This document shows, one piece after another, positions 50,282 to 63,983 of a stretch of DNA of 64,000 nt. Every line of letters starts with the position of its first letter. Position 1 is the first letter of the stretch. This DNA comes from Octopus sinensis (Eukaryota): contig NC_043004.1 in the NCBI RefSeq assembly GCF_006345805.1, positions 20,150,001-20,214,000 on the forward strand. Direction: 5' to 3'. A model generated the notes under the pieces. It was not told the DNA's origin. It did no database searches and was given only the letters and a program-made list of their open reading frames with translations. The position numbers were made by a program, and so were the translations under genes.

Positions 50282-52786
50282 GCATACATAGATTTATATA
50301 TGTATATGCATGTATGCATGTCTAGTGCGCGTATGCGTGTATGTATATATCTATCTATCTCTATATATACATACACACACACACACATTCATACATATCA
50401 TATACATGCATATATAATTCGTTTGATTAATATGTTCTATCGTACGTCTAAACGGTTAAAAAGAATCACGCTCAAACAATTGACTATACTAAATAACTCA
50501 CTGTATATTAGAACAGTCACCATACTCTCATACAAAATTATATAGACATCTACACACACATTAACTCACACACACACACAGGCACGCGAACACACATATA
50601 CACACAAGCACATACACAAGCACACACATACACATACATACACACACATACACATCTCGTGATCATTAGTTATTCATTAGTGGTGTTCCCTAATCTTGTG
50701 TGTATAGCCGGAAGGGGCAGCTAGCTTGTTAACTGGTGTTCGTCATAGTTTTGTCCTCACATGGTCTTCATTACACGAACTTATTTTTGCATTAATAACC
50801 AACTAATTATCATTTATGCAGCTCATTAATCAGAACAAGTATTGAATAAAATACAAAACATTTGAACGTCTATAAAAGTGTTTAAACTTCGGTAATAACA
50901 ACAACGACGACGACGACTAGGAAGAGAAGGAGGAGGAGGAGGAGGAGGATTCACCACAAGTATCTACGCATAAGTACAAATAAAATATTACACATGGGGT
51001 AACAAACCTTGCGAACGTGGTCAAGGCCGTCGTGCAGAAACGAAGAAATGCTGAATACGTTATATAACGAAGTTGCTTAAAACAGAGATATTATTTTAAA
51101 ACAAAAAGAGGTATTAACATAAGATATTAAGACAGGATATGAATATAAACAAAACAAATATGGCAACACACCTACACACGGGTGAGAAACGTTCGCTTGA
51201 ACGACACTTATTCTGTTTCATGACCATCTTTTTTCCGGTTTGGCAGTTCACATATATACCCATGAAAATAATAACCGTTGGGAATATGATTTGTCACGAA
51301 AATACGTCCTCATCATGGTTCATGCAAAGTTCCTCAGAAAATTATTCTTCGGTTGTCATTTATTTTCGAGGTCCTCACGTAGTCGGATACCATCACCTCA
51401 CCAGTCAGCTATGAATTTATCTCAAAGGTAGTTGGATAGTTTCTTTGTCTTGCATCTGTTCTTTGTTGTACGAAGAACTGTGAATTTCAATGCAACGTGG
51501 GAGATAGGAAGAAATGAGATCCTTAAATGTGTTACCTGTCACCTCTTGAAATGTGTTCTATCTTTGAGTCATCATGTACCTTTTTATTGCCTTCCTCACT
51601 CTCTCTAGGAGCCTGTTGTTCCTGCTCGTTCCCATCAGTTCTTCATCGTCACAAGATGATGGGGTTGTGCTGTTAGGTATGGCCGGGATAAAAATTAATT
51701 GGCTTTCTGGTCTGATATATCTACGTTTCATTAGTTGTGCCATATAATGCCACAAGACAAGCGGATTCCGTGGCTCACTTTAGCGGGTGTTACGTTTTTT
51801 TTTCCTCCCTAGTCTTTTGATGCGCAAGCCCCTAAGTGATATTTAAAGTCACATGTGCTGTTGGGGCTCATCATTCCACTCCAGAGTACAACAAACTCTG
51901 GCGACCATATACTCATTATTCTATTGAAGCAGCTGCAAACCAGAGGTCACCATCGTCACCAATGTCTCTCAACATGATTGCGGATTTCTTTGTTCCAAGT
52001 GTAACGACATTAGTCGATGGGGACACGTGTAACACTCCCACATTGCTTGTTTGTTCATCTCGTCCTTGGCCTTACAAGTAAAACATGATGCCATATACTA
52101 TCCTTACCTAATCTAAAAGATATCACTTGACCTATACGACTTGGCAAAATGCATATAGATTACTTTCATTCCCGCATATTCCTGAGTGACAAGTTCATAT
52201 AGAAAAGCGGTCCTTCTAAAATTTTGTCTACCTATCATTTCATTAGATCACAGCTATAAGTGTGATGTATCAGCCAGAAGATTGGATACAATGATTCGTG
52301 GTGACATTTTCCAGTTTCTAGCAGTTCTCAATGTATTAGTAATTTCTTTGCTCGTGATGGCAGGCCTTATCTGTAGAAATATTATATTTTTTCTCCCTCC
52401 TTGGTATGTTTTCTATTGGTACATACTTTTTACGTAGCACAATGTATCTGACTTTTGGTGTAAGTGGAAGTATTTTTGGTACTTAAACTCCTAGGCACGC
52501 GTTCGCCTTCATGATTTGGTAGTAGTTTTCCCCCACGTCATTTACACAGACACAGACATGCACACCACACACGCACAACACCCACACGCATGTAACACAC
52601 ACACACACAACACACACATATACACACAGTGACTCACGCGCACACACACACACACACTCACACATGCACATTTATGGTGCAAAATTAAAGACAGTTCAAA
52701 GATGAGGTGAAAGAACTACAAATAGGGTTCTAACTGCTGACACATCGAAGTTGTTGTTACCACTTTCTCTCTTCGTGTGAAAGTAT

Positions 52787-52842
<56 letters not shown>

Positions 52843-52976
52843 GAGCGAGAGAGGGGGGAGAGAGAAATACATACATATATGTGTATGTGTGTGTGTTGAA
52901 CCGTTAATCCCTACGCATGTTTTTCATTCTCCGTGTTTTTCTTTACGTTCCGTCTCCATTTTGTTCTTCCCAACCA

Positions 52977-53010
52977 TTCCTGTCGAAGAGCGTAGGGTCG
53001 AAGCGTCAAA
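52977..53010 (+). ncRNA. Degenerate minimal hammerhead-like motif (variant core CUGUCGA)
   Basis: CTGTCGA A GAGC gtag GGTC GAAGC GTC aaag. Confidence 0.3.
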
Positions 53011-54721
53011 GACATTTCCATTCTTCCTGAGCATCAGACTAATACTTCTGCTTGTTATCTCGCCTGTCTTCCTCTCATGGCTAAGACTTGTTTTCACTCT
53101 TATTTCTAGCAATGCTACTGCTAACTAGTACCCTTAGTCACTTCAGTGACGTCTATACTTACACCTTTCAGTTGTAAATTGCAAATAAGCCACATTTATT
53201 ATTTATAATTTTCACTTTTACGATTTATGAAATCAGCGTACGATTTCTACTATAATCCACATAAACTGACAAGGCGAGCTAGCTTAACCCTAGGCAGTCC
53301 GGCAAGAGCCACTCACAAGCGTCAATCAAATTCGAAATCACTGGTGATCTGGCTATGCCCCGGGTGCCTTCTTGTCAGTCATAAAGTAAGTGCTTTCCGT
53401 AGTTATGAGTTGTTTTGACTCTTACTCCTAGCAATGCTGGTGCTGACTCATGCCCTTAGTCACTTCGGTGTGTGTGTGTGTGTGTGTGTGTGCGTGCGTA
53501 CTTTCATAAGATATAATGTGCATGCATGTCTGTGTGGTAAGAAATATGGAAAATGAAAGAAGCCCGTCGTATGTATATATGTGTGTCTGTATTTAATCGT
53601 GTCTGTGTATATCTCCCACTACCACATGATTTAACAACCGGTGATGCTGTGTTTAAGTCCCCGTAACGAAACGGCTCGGCAAAAGGGACCGATAGAATAA
53701 GAACCAGGCTCAACATCAAAAATAAAAGCCAAGTACTGGGAGTAGATTCATTCGGCCAAAAATTCTTCAAGGCAGTGCCCCAGCATAGCCACAGTCTAAT
53801 GCTTGAAACAAGTAAGAGATAAAAGACACATGTAGGTGGGTGGGTATCTGTGTTTTGTAGATATTTGCATTTAAAAGATTCAGAATTATTCAACACAAGA
53901 ATAAATGAAAATTTGCATGGTGAAACTGATTGCTCTAAGTTATTACCCGGAGGTTTGTGTGCGTGAGAAAGAGCGAAAGAGAGATGGAGGGACAGGAAGA
54001 GACGGGGAGAAAGTGAACAGGTGTGCATGTGTGCACTCGCATATATGTGAATGAATTATTGAGAAATAATAGAGATATTGTTCTACAACAGTTAAAAAAA
54101 TCTTTTTGCTGCGATAGCTTTTAACTTCTTCTGAAGATAGAATCTCTTTCATTAAATACATTCGCACGCTCGATAAGATTTGAACTACTAATATCTACAT
54201 CTCAGTAAATCGATCTTCCTCTAATATCATTTTCATGTAACCATCAGTATTTTCATATATGTGCATTATCTCTCTAGCTATGCCTTTCTGCTTTTCCCTT
54301 TTGCATGTTAATAACAAACAGTATAATATGAGGTAATCCAGCGCTATAGATTCTGACTTTCTAGGTTTTCTCATACCAAATTTTAGCCTTACGCATCATC
54401 AGTTGCTTTGATATCAAAATTCTGGAAATTATTTTCAAAACTTCATAAAGAGATATTGAAGTGTAAAGGAAATAGATATAACAACAATGGAAACATGTTC
54501 TTTCATTTAGTTCACCAAGGGCCAATCACAGTTGAAGCCTCTGGCATAAGTATAAATATTAAAATGTGGGATGGATACGATTTGAATGCCTATGTTCATT
54601 CGTCTACTGGATCAAAGCAAACCTGAAGACCAATTACAACGTAACATATACTACAGTACTCACAATGTTACAACGCGTGCGCACACACACATACACACAC
54701 ATACACACACATGAATATATA

Positions 54722-55914
54722 CAGGGGTTGCAGAAAATAAGGGAAACCCCTTAAAATTTCAAACAAATTTATTTTAATACACGGTGAAGCATAAACTCGT
54801 ACAAAGTTTGAATTGTTTCTAAAGGAATTTTAGTCCATTCTTCAGCTAAAACAGTCTCCGGTTCTTGTGATGATGGTGGAGGATATCAACTCCTTACTTA
54901 TTTTTCTAATATGCACCATAAATATTCAATAATATTGAGATCTTGGGACTGTGGTGGCCAGATAAGATGTTCAACTTCACCAGAATGTTCCGCGTGACAG
55001 TAACAACTTTAGCTGTGTGAATTGGTGCATTATCATCCTGAAAGATTGCGTTTCCCTCCGGAAACAGTTTCGCAACCATAGGATGAAGTTGATCAGATAA
55101 AATGTTTTAAAAGTCTTGACTATTAATTCTGCCATGAAGTGAAACCATTGGGCTGGTGGATTTCCAAGATATAGCCTCCCCAGATCATCACAGATTCTCC
55201 TCCATGTTTAACAGTTGGAGGAAGGCACTCTGGGTCAAATGCATCTTTTGGATGTCTGCAGACGTATACTTGGCCGGTGGTCGGAAATAAGGTAAAGGAT
55301 GACTCATCCGAGAAAATAACATTCTTCCATTGCTCTAAGGACCGATTCTGTAGGTTTTTACTCCATTCTAAACGCTTTGCAACATTTGTTTTCGAAAGTA
55401 GTGGTTTTCTGATTGCAGCCCTCCTGTGAAATCCGGCTTTGTGCATCTCCCGGCGGTAGGCATTAAGCTCTGCAGTAATTTTGGGAGCTGTACTTTTGTG
55501 ATCCCTTTTAACAATTCGCGTAAGATTCCGACGGTCCCTATCTGGAAGGGTTTGTTTTTTTTCCAGAGTTTTGTTTCTACAAGGAGGATTTTCCCTCTTT
55601 CTCAAAGGGTGTCATTACTTTTGAGACAGTACTTCTTGATATACTAAATATTTCGGCTCTTTTCGTTATGTTAGTACCTGCCATACGAGCACCAACAGTT
55701 TGACCTCGTTGAAAGTCTGATAGATCTGTCATTTTAATGAATTTTAATTACCTTTTTCTGATGATAAAACAGCAATTTTAGCAAAACATTTTAAGCAACA
55801 CTAATAATAAATAAATAAAAACATAAAAATTAACAAGCTTTTGACGGTTTTATAGATATTTCAAAATTATGATGCTATGATACTAAGTATTACCATTATT
55901 TTATCCAACCCCTG
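54722..55914 (-). mobile_element. Full-length decayed Tc1-family transposon
   Basis: TA|CAGGGGTTG..AAAATAA.GG TIRs at both ends with TA target sites; minus-strand transposase from ATG at 55732 (MTDLSDFQRGQTVGARMAG) with VIFSDES, FQDDNAP, WPPQSQDLNIIEYLW; frameshifted. Confidence 0.9.
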
Positions 55915-55964
<50 letters not shown>

Positions 55965-55965
<1 letters not shown>

Positions 55966-57112
55966 TTAAAATCAAATAAGGGTAGAAATTGATATTAATC
56001 AATTAAAACCAGTGGCCTAGCATTTTTTTTTTAAATCCGAAGATCAAAATGTTTTTTAAAATACAAAATTTAGAGGACTGACCACTAAAAATGGACAGTC
56101 TATACGCTAGATATAGACGTCAAAATCGCCACTTTCCACAAAGAATGTATTCTCATGAAAAAAACTCAGCAAAAAATCAAAGTGTAAAAATAAGCACCAC
56201 TAATGAAAATATACGAAATAAAATACCATTACCTATGTACTAATTAGTTTTACTTGTTAATATTTACGTATATGGATATGTAAACATCTGCAAGATCATC
56301 AGGATAGTCTGTCATTTATAAAATCCAATTTCCAGAACTAGACACAGTACGCTCAACCGAAATCCAGCATGTATAAATTCCTACACATTATATTTATGTG
56401 TATCTTTCAAATGCCTTTACTTTGGCGTGCTGAGATCGGAAATTACTCTGCAGTTGATAAACTACAGTATTCAATTTACCGGTTAGAGAACATTTATTTA
56501 TTTAAAATTAATGAAGGGTAGAAATTGATATTAATCGATTAAAACCAGTGGCCTAGCATATTTTATAAAATCCGAAGATTAAACATTTTTTTTATACATA
56601 CGAAATTTAGAGGAGTGACCACTAAAAGTGGACAGTCTGTACGCTAGATATAGACGTAAAAATCGCCATTTTCCAAGAAGAATATGTTCTCAAGAAGAAA
56701 ACTCAGCAAAAAACCAAAGTGTAAAAATAAGCAAGACAAATGAAAACATACAAAATAAAAAAAAACCATTACTTATGTACTAATTAGTTTCACTTGTTAA
56801 TATTTACGTATATGGATACGTAAACATCTGCAAGATCATCAGCATAGTCTGTCGTTTATAAAACCCAATTTCCAGAACTAGATACAGTACGCTCAACCGA
56901 AATCCAGCATGTATAAAGTCCTACAAATTATATTTATGTGTATCTTTCAAATGCCTTTACTCTTTTTTTATTTCGTATATTTTCATTTGTCTTGCTTATT
57001 TTTACACTTTGTTTTTTTTCTGATGAGTTATTTCTTCGTGGTAAATGGCGATTTTGACGTCTATATGTAGCATATAAACTGTCCACTTTTAGTGGTCAGT
57101 CCTCTAAATTCT
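55965..57112. repeat. ~550-bp diverged tandem duplication followed by a ~150-bp inverted copy (MITE-like)
   Basis: agggtagaaattgatattaatc..ttaaaaccagtggcctagc at ~55978 and ~56514; 56965-57112 is the reverse complement of aaatttagaggactgaccactaaaa...aaaatatacgaaataaaa. Confidence 0.8.
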
Positions 57113-58539
57113 GTATATATAAATATATATATACGAGCTAAACGCCCCCGACCCAATGGAGCGTGCTCAGTTGTCAAACATTTAAACCAAATTTTCTCAA
57201 AACAACTTGTCCGACAGTTCCATAGACCTCCCGTTTGAGAAACACTGATTTAACCTAAATTTGAGAGACCAGCAAAAGAAGAAATAAAGATAGACTCTTT
57301 TTCTATCCCAAATTTGAGCGCAATCGGATGGAGGATGCCTGAGATCCGAGAAGACACACACACACACACACACACACTGAACGGATTTTATACAAGAGAA
57401 TAAACATAAAACTAACCAGTACAGAAATGTCTTTTTATTTTAGAGGGGGAATGATAATTGATTTACGGAACAATAAGGTTAACCGGAGTTTTGGGGGTCA
57501 GATTCTCATAGTTAAAACTATGTAGTTAAAATTGGCTGTATTATTATTTCTCACAGCTTCACTCTCCTAATTTTATAGTTCAAAACTAACTGTCTAAACA
57601 TTACAGAACATATATACCATTGCTCTATTTAGATGATTCTGAAGTGATATGCTTTGAACAAGTGAACAAGGCAGACGTATAGTTTGAAATCATATCATAT
57701 GTTTATAGGATCCAAAGAACTTTTCAACAAACAGGGATACAGTTTGACACCTTATACGTTGTGTTTCAACGTACGTCTTTCTGCCGGTCTCTCTCATTCA
57801 CATGAAACTAGTCAGTATAATTTGATTCCTCGAATTTACAGAGCCACTCAGCATGTGATCAGCAATAAAGCCAACTGGAAGACTGGACATCAGATATATG
57901 TCATGTGAAGAACACATAAAATTCACAGTACAAGTTATCTTGAGGAATATAGATTGATAAATATATGTTAGTAACGAATAATTGCATTATTTTAGAACTT
58001 GCAGTTATAAACTACTTAGAAGTTACTAAACTACTAAGTAATTTTGAAACTGTTTCAAAATACGGGTGTGTGGACTTTGTTTGAGCAAGTCCATATGTCT
58101 ATGCCTACCTACATGGAAATAATTACTTTGTCTCTCCCTCTCTCTCTCATATACACAACCATATACACACACGTGCACACCACACATACTCACATGAAAC
58201 ACACACACGGTCTGCAACCAGAGAAAATTATGTCATTATATTGTGGGTTTTTATTCTAAGTCAAACGTTACCAAGCAGATGTATAGGCATAAGAATTCAA
58301 ACCATGAACACAGCATTATGTTAGGATACACTAAACCACCATCATTTATTGTGGTTGTCTTTTAAAATGGTAGTGCGTTGCGGGATAGGGCTACTCCCCC
58401 AGAAAGATGGTGTCCTCTCGAGAAACCAAATCAAGATAAGTGAAACACTGAATGAACAATTGAATAGCGTTTTCCCCAAACACTTATGGCACATGTAAGC
58501 CAGCACACCTGTAGAATTTTTTACCACTACAGATATAAA

Positions 58540-58850
58540 AATGGAGGTAGTAGTAAATCCTGGAAGGAATTATGCAAACAGCAGTACGCGGTGCCATTGC
58601 ATAGTCGCAAAGATCCCAACATTACTATCAGTATACGAGAGCAGATACTGTAACAGTTTGGATTTCAAGAGCCCAAAAATCTTCAGTATGTTCCCAAATC
58701 ACCTGAGTGACCTATATGATTCGAAACAAAACTGGATCTCTTCCCGTCAAAGGTTCCTGACGAGCCTACCTCACAGCAGGAAACACACATGAAGGTAGCC
58801 TCATCTAACTCCATCATTCACCAAATTCCACATGACATAAGAGGTTTCAA
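58540..58850 (+). pseudogene. CR1/L2-group LINE 3' remnant
   Basis: RYCNSLDFKSPKIFSMFPNHLSDL and VPDEPTSQQETHMKVASSNSIIHQ. Confidence 0.55.
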
Positions 58851-59321
58851 GTAGTGAAAGTGTAGCCAAGCTAAGGGCGCTCAAACATGGCCGCCGTTCT
58901 CGAACTGAAACTAGTAAAAGACGAAATCACACACATAAACGCAAATACACACTCACACACACTCACACAAAATTTCTCCAAGAATGGCCACAAACAGTGG
59001 CAGAGTAAAGTAGCATCAAAAGCTTAGAATTGTGTGTGTGTGAGTCTGCTTGCGTGTGTGCGCGCGCACATATTGTATTTGTATAGGTATACATACGCAC
59101 AAGTATATTAAAAAAGTACATGGTTTATATAAATATATGTGTATATAAATACATATATGAGAGATATTGGTATCCAGGAAGGCCCAAAGTGTGCCGGTAA
59201 GGCTATGTAAATGGTATGTGAGGACCGTAGTTAGACTCTCGGTTTGATAATAATACGAGTGAAGAGTCGCCTTATCTTGTGTGGGCATAGATAAAATGAG
59301 ACAGCAAAGCCAAGGTAGTGT

Positions 59322-59737
59322 GGAATTTATAGGAAATTTATAAAGAGAAAGGTAATCTTACAGCTATTTATGGGATATTAGGGATATCCCTTCATTAGAG
59401 ACGGTATGACAGAGTTAACTAGAGGGAAATAGTATACTTCAATATAAGGAGGTATTTTGGAATCTACATACCATGGACAAGAAGCATTTCTACCCATACT
59501 ACACAGCACATTCCTTGGATAATGGAACTGCAACTGTAACATCCTACATATATTTTTATCTTTATTTTTATTTTCTTATTTCCCTTTATACTTCCTATAT
59601 CCATCCTTTTCCAAAATAACTCTTTATATTGAACTCTACTATTTCTCTCTCATACCGTCCCTGGCGAAGGGATATTCCTAATATCCCAGAAACAGCTGTA
59701 AGACTACCTTTCTCTTTATAAATGTTTTATAAATTCC
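59322..59737. repeat. Inverted repeat (arms 59322-59462 and 59609-59737), each arm carrying an outward-facing hammerhead motif
   Basis: ggaatttata...aaagagaaaggtaatcttacagct vs agctgtaagactacctttctcttt...tataaattcc. Confidence 0.85.
59657..59704 (+). ncRNA. Type I hammerhead motif (one core substitution); mirror copy at 59355-59402 on the minus strand
   Basis: gtcc CTGGCGA a GGGATATT cct AATATCCC a GAAAC agct GTA agac. Confidence 0.6.
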
Positions 59738-59887
59738 CCACGGCCTTGGCTTTTTTCTCATTTTATGTAACACGCGCACACGCGCACACACACGCACACA
59801 CACATCCCACCATATTGGACCGCTGAACTCATCACTGTTTTTCTCTCTCTATTTTTTCGTCCCCTCTCGATTTCTGCCCCTTATTCC

Positions 59888-59921
59888 TTACTGTTGAAGA
59901 GCTTAGGTTCGAAACGTAAAA
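59888..59921 (+). ncRNA. Minimal hammerhead-like motif (variant core CUGUUGA)
   Basis: tta CTGTTGA A GAGC ttag GTTC GAAAC GTA aaa. Confidence 0.4.
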
Positions 59922-60459
59922 GACTTTTCCATTTTTCCCGAGCGTTGTTCCTACATCTATTTTCGTTTTTTTGTTTTTATGTAAATTTGAACTACACACA
60001 CACACACACATATGATGTTGAATCATGCTATCCTCTAAGTATCATGTAAGCATAAAACTAAAGATGTAAACAAATGTGTCGAATTCAGGTCACGATATTA
60101 TTTTATAAAATGTTGAGTTCACTTGTATTTTAGGTTTCACGGAAGAAGTTTTGTTGATGAATCAATCAGTCAAAACTTTGAAGGTCGGGCTGGTGTTGAA
60201 CCGAAGCTGATGTTTTTAGATTTCTATTAAGAAATTTTATACTGGGTATTTTGTGAATGGTATGTTTGGGGGTACTAAGTTACAACTAATTGTTGAGGCT
60301 TCCTAATCTGTTACTAGCGTAGGTATTTGTGCTGTCTATATCTTCTTATTCTAGATTAATAAAAGTAAATGCATGACGTAATCTCTTCATGGGAAATGAA
60401 AAGCCTAAAGATGATGCTTGTTCCCAGAAGTATACATACATACATAATACATAAATACA

Positions 60460-60497
<38 letters not shown>

Positions 60498-60906
60498 CAG
60501 AGAGAGTGAGAGAGAGAGAAAGATACATATATACATAGATATGCATATCTGTCTATATATATATTTATACATACGTATGTCTTATGTATGTATGTATGTA
60601 TGTATGTATTGGGCTGCATAATGGTTTTCCGTTTTATCATCGTTTAATTCGGTATTCTGTTCCTGTTTGTCAATTTTCCAAGGTAGAGAAATAATTCCAT
60701 CGTATCAAATTTCACTTCCTTTCATAATCAGCTCGGCTTCAATTTTCAAATGTAAATATCTATTGCCGATACCTTCAATAATGAATGCTGCCACTGTAGA
60801 CATTTTCTATTGGTGTTGTCTTGTATTGAGCCTAAGGCTCCATATACATACATACATACACACATATACGCTTTCTCTCACTCTCTCTCTCTCTCATACA
60901 CACACT

Positions 60907-60954
<48 letters not shown>

Positions 60955-61159
60955 ATTTCTGCTTGATGACTCTGAAAAGCTGTCATGTTGTCATTAAGGA
61001 GAATGGCTATTATAACGGAAAACTGGAAATGGGGAAAACGGGGGAAAAAAGTAAAAGAACTTCGACGGAAACTCAATAAAATATACAAAAAATTACTTCA
61101 ATGGTTTTGTATTGATTTTATTTAAGAAATCCATTACGCTGGATGGGTGAATATTAGCG

Positions 61160-61254
<95 letters not shown>

Positions 61255-61461
61255 CCTATCTATCTATCTATCTATCTACCTGTTGTATGTCTATCTTTCT
61301 ATCTATCTATCTATCTATCTATCTATGTAATATCTATAAATATATATTGATGCATGATATCTATATATCCACCCCTCTCTCTTTCACTCCTTCTATGTAT
61401 GCATGTATGTATGTATGTATCTATCTATCTGTCTGTTTGTCTGTCTATCTTTCTATACCTA

Positions 61462-61511
<50 letters not shown>

Positions 61512-62154
61512 ATCGGTTGTGTGTCTCTGTGGGTGCATATTTTTGTATTTCCAGTGTTAAATATTCATGCAATTTTGCATGTTTTAACTTTCTATATAGA
61601 TAAGAAATTTTATTCGTAAATCTCCACGATAGACGTAAGGTGGTTGAGTGCTAAATCTTTTGCACATAAACTACATTTTTCTGGATTCAGTCCCACTGCG
61701 TGGTACCTTGTGCGATAGATTCTATTAAAGCCTTGTGTCAACCAAAGCATGTAAGTGGATTTTGTAGGCAGAAAGATCCAAAAGAACGGTTGAGTGGTTA
61801 ACATGTCTACTTCACCATTATGGAGCCCTCACTATGGTGCCATGAATGTCTTTTGCCATTGATGCCAAGCGAACTTGACATTGTCAGTTAATTTCTTTGA
61901 AGAGAGTCTATGTGGAAACCTGCAAGATATAGAATAAACATAATTCAGTGACTGTGAAATATTCAGCGGACTAGAGAAGAACTGAATGGGTGAGCAGCTC
62001 AGTTGATCGGAAAATGGAATTTGCATTGGCATAACTGAAGGAAATACAATTATTTTATGCATATTTAGATATTTAGATACGAACTGATATATATATATGT
62101 ATATAATGAATTAGAAAAGATGCTAATATATAGGTTAATAGGTAAGTGTATAAA

Positions 62155-62200
<46 letters not shown>

Positions 62201-62263
62201 ATATATTATATATATATATATACACACATACATATATACATATATATATACACCCATACATAC

Positions 62264-62308
<45 letters not shown>

Positions 62309-62368
62309 CCACATGTATATATATACATATACATATAATCAAAATAAGCAACAAGAATAACTCCGGTA

Positions 62369-62458
62369 ATTTGGTACGATCGTTTCGCACTACATCATTT
62401 TATTAAATGTTGTAAGTATTACAACAGTTTTAAAATGCTGAGCACTCATCAGCCATTG
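62369..62458 (-). ncRNA. Type I hammerhead ribozyme motif with a 59-nt helix II
   Basis: Minus strand: tgg CTGATGA gtgct..agcatttta..tgttgtaa tac ttacaaca..taaaatgat gtagtgc GAAAC gatc GTA cca. Confidence 0.7.
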
Positions 62459-62829
62459 ATAGAGGTTTTCCATTAATACATAATTTTCATATCAAGTGGT
62501 AACATTATAGAGAAGGTAGATATATAGACAAAGATGTGGATCTAAATTTTAAGAACATTTGAGGTAGTGGAGCCCATCAACTGACTGACTAAAATTCAGT
62601 TGCTCCGAACTACTGCAATGAAATAGGGGCCAATATTTCACATTTATGTAGAATATTGCGCCCAACATAGGAATTATTTGATAAAGAAAGCAAGGAATCA
62701 ACTATAAGAGACACAAATGTAGGAATAAATTATTAGATAAATTTTGTGATTATATATACACATTCTCATACAAATAATTGCCACATCCTAGGCTTAAACC
62801 CAGTACCAATTGCAAGAATGCGAAATCAT

Positions 62830-63415
62830 GTATGAACTCATGGACACTAGTGACATTATAATTAAAGAAGCAGATTAGTTAGTGCTATGATTATTATGGA
62901 TGTTGAACACTGCAAAAGGGATATATTATCTCTCCTACAAGATACGACCTATCACGAAAAAGTAAACTATCACCAGCAATCAAAGACAGACAAAATTGAA
63001 CACACTCATTCACCGATGCCAAATATGTTTAACAAAGAACTGCTTAACTCATTCTGAATGCAAAACTAGCCACTTCTACGATCGCCCCCAATTCCAAAAG
63101 GAACAAGCTGTATTGCAGCATTCCGCCGATCTTAAATTAAGGACAACTGTAGCAGGTCCGAACTATGGAACACAGATTCAGCAATTTTGTAGATATACTA
63201 CTGAAACCTAATTTAAAATACATGCCAACTCTTGTAAGGGAGGACCTGGATCTCTTAAACCACTTCCCTAAAATCATCGATAGAGATAACATTATTGAAT
63301 AATTTCATGTAACAAAAAAACTTCTATACAACGATTCCTACGTCAATACGGACTAGAAGCAATAGGTTTCTGGTTCAAAAAATTCTCTCATGAAATACTG
63401 GACAGAACTGAAAAA
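62830..63415 (+). pseudogene. Penelope-like element RT N-terminal remnant
   Basis: DIIIKEAD..AMIIMD, LLQDTTY, LRTTVAGP, NFVDILLKP, DLLNHFP, LYTTIP, YGLEAIGFW across frameshifts. Confidence 0.75.
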
Positions 63416-63419
63416 AGCT

Positions 63420-63952
63420 TCATGACCACGCCAGAAAATGAGAAAGCAGACATACTCTGAGATATGCCTATACACACAGAAAGGGAAGTCAAGACTAATA
63501 AACCGAATATAGTTGTCAGAGATGAACACGAAAAAAGTACCTTCTAATCGATGTATGAATAGCAACAAATGACAACGTTTCTCTAAAAGAAAGGGAGAAA
63601 CATCCAAAATACAAAGATCTGGAAATAGAGGTAATTCGAATGAGGAATATAAAAACCGAAACAATTCCTATAATAGTAGGCCCATTAGGTATGACAAAAA
63701 ATCATACAGACAAATACATAACTACAACACCAGGATTTACAAGTATACATAACATACAGAAAATATCAGTACTAGGCACCGCACACATTCTACATGAAGG
63801 ACTATACAGTGAAATAACAGCTCCACAACAAACGACAACACATACCCAATGCACACTCGGTAGAGCAGTGAAAGCACGTAATACCAATAAGACCACTGAA
63901 TAATAATAACAATAACAACAACAACAACAACAATAATAATAATAATAATAAT

Positions 63953-63983
<31 letters not shown>

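Noticed and set aside
51450-52090. GC-richer island with a CFTC..WECYTC fragment (piggyBac- or Gypsy-like?)
   Set aside because: All frames are interrupted and no motif series is consistent enough to assign a family.
62830-63800. Novel chimeric retroelement of PLE RT fused to an R4/Dong-type endonuclease
   Set aside because: The PLE RT breaks off before its catalytic motif and both parts are decayed; insertion of a 5'-truncated R4/Dong copy is simpler.
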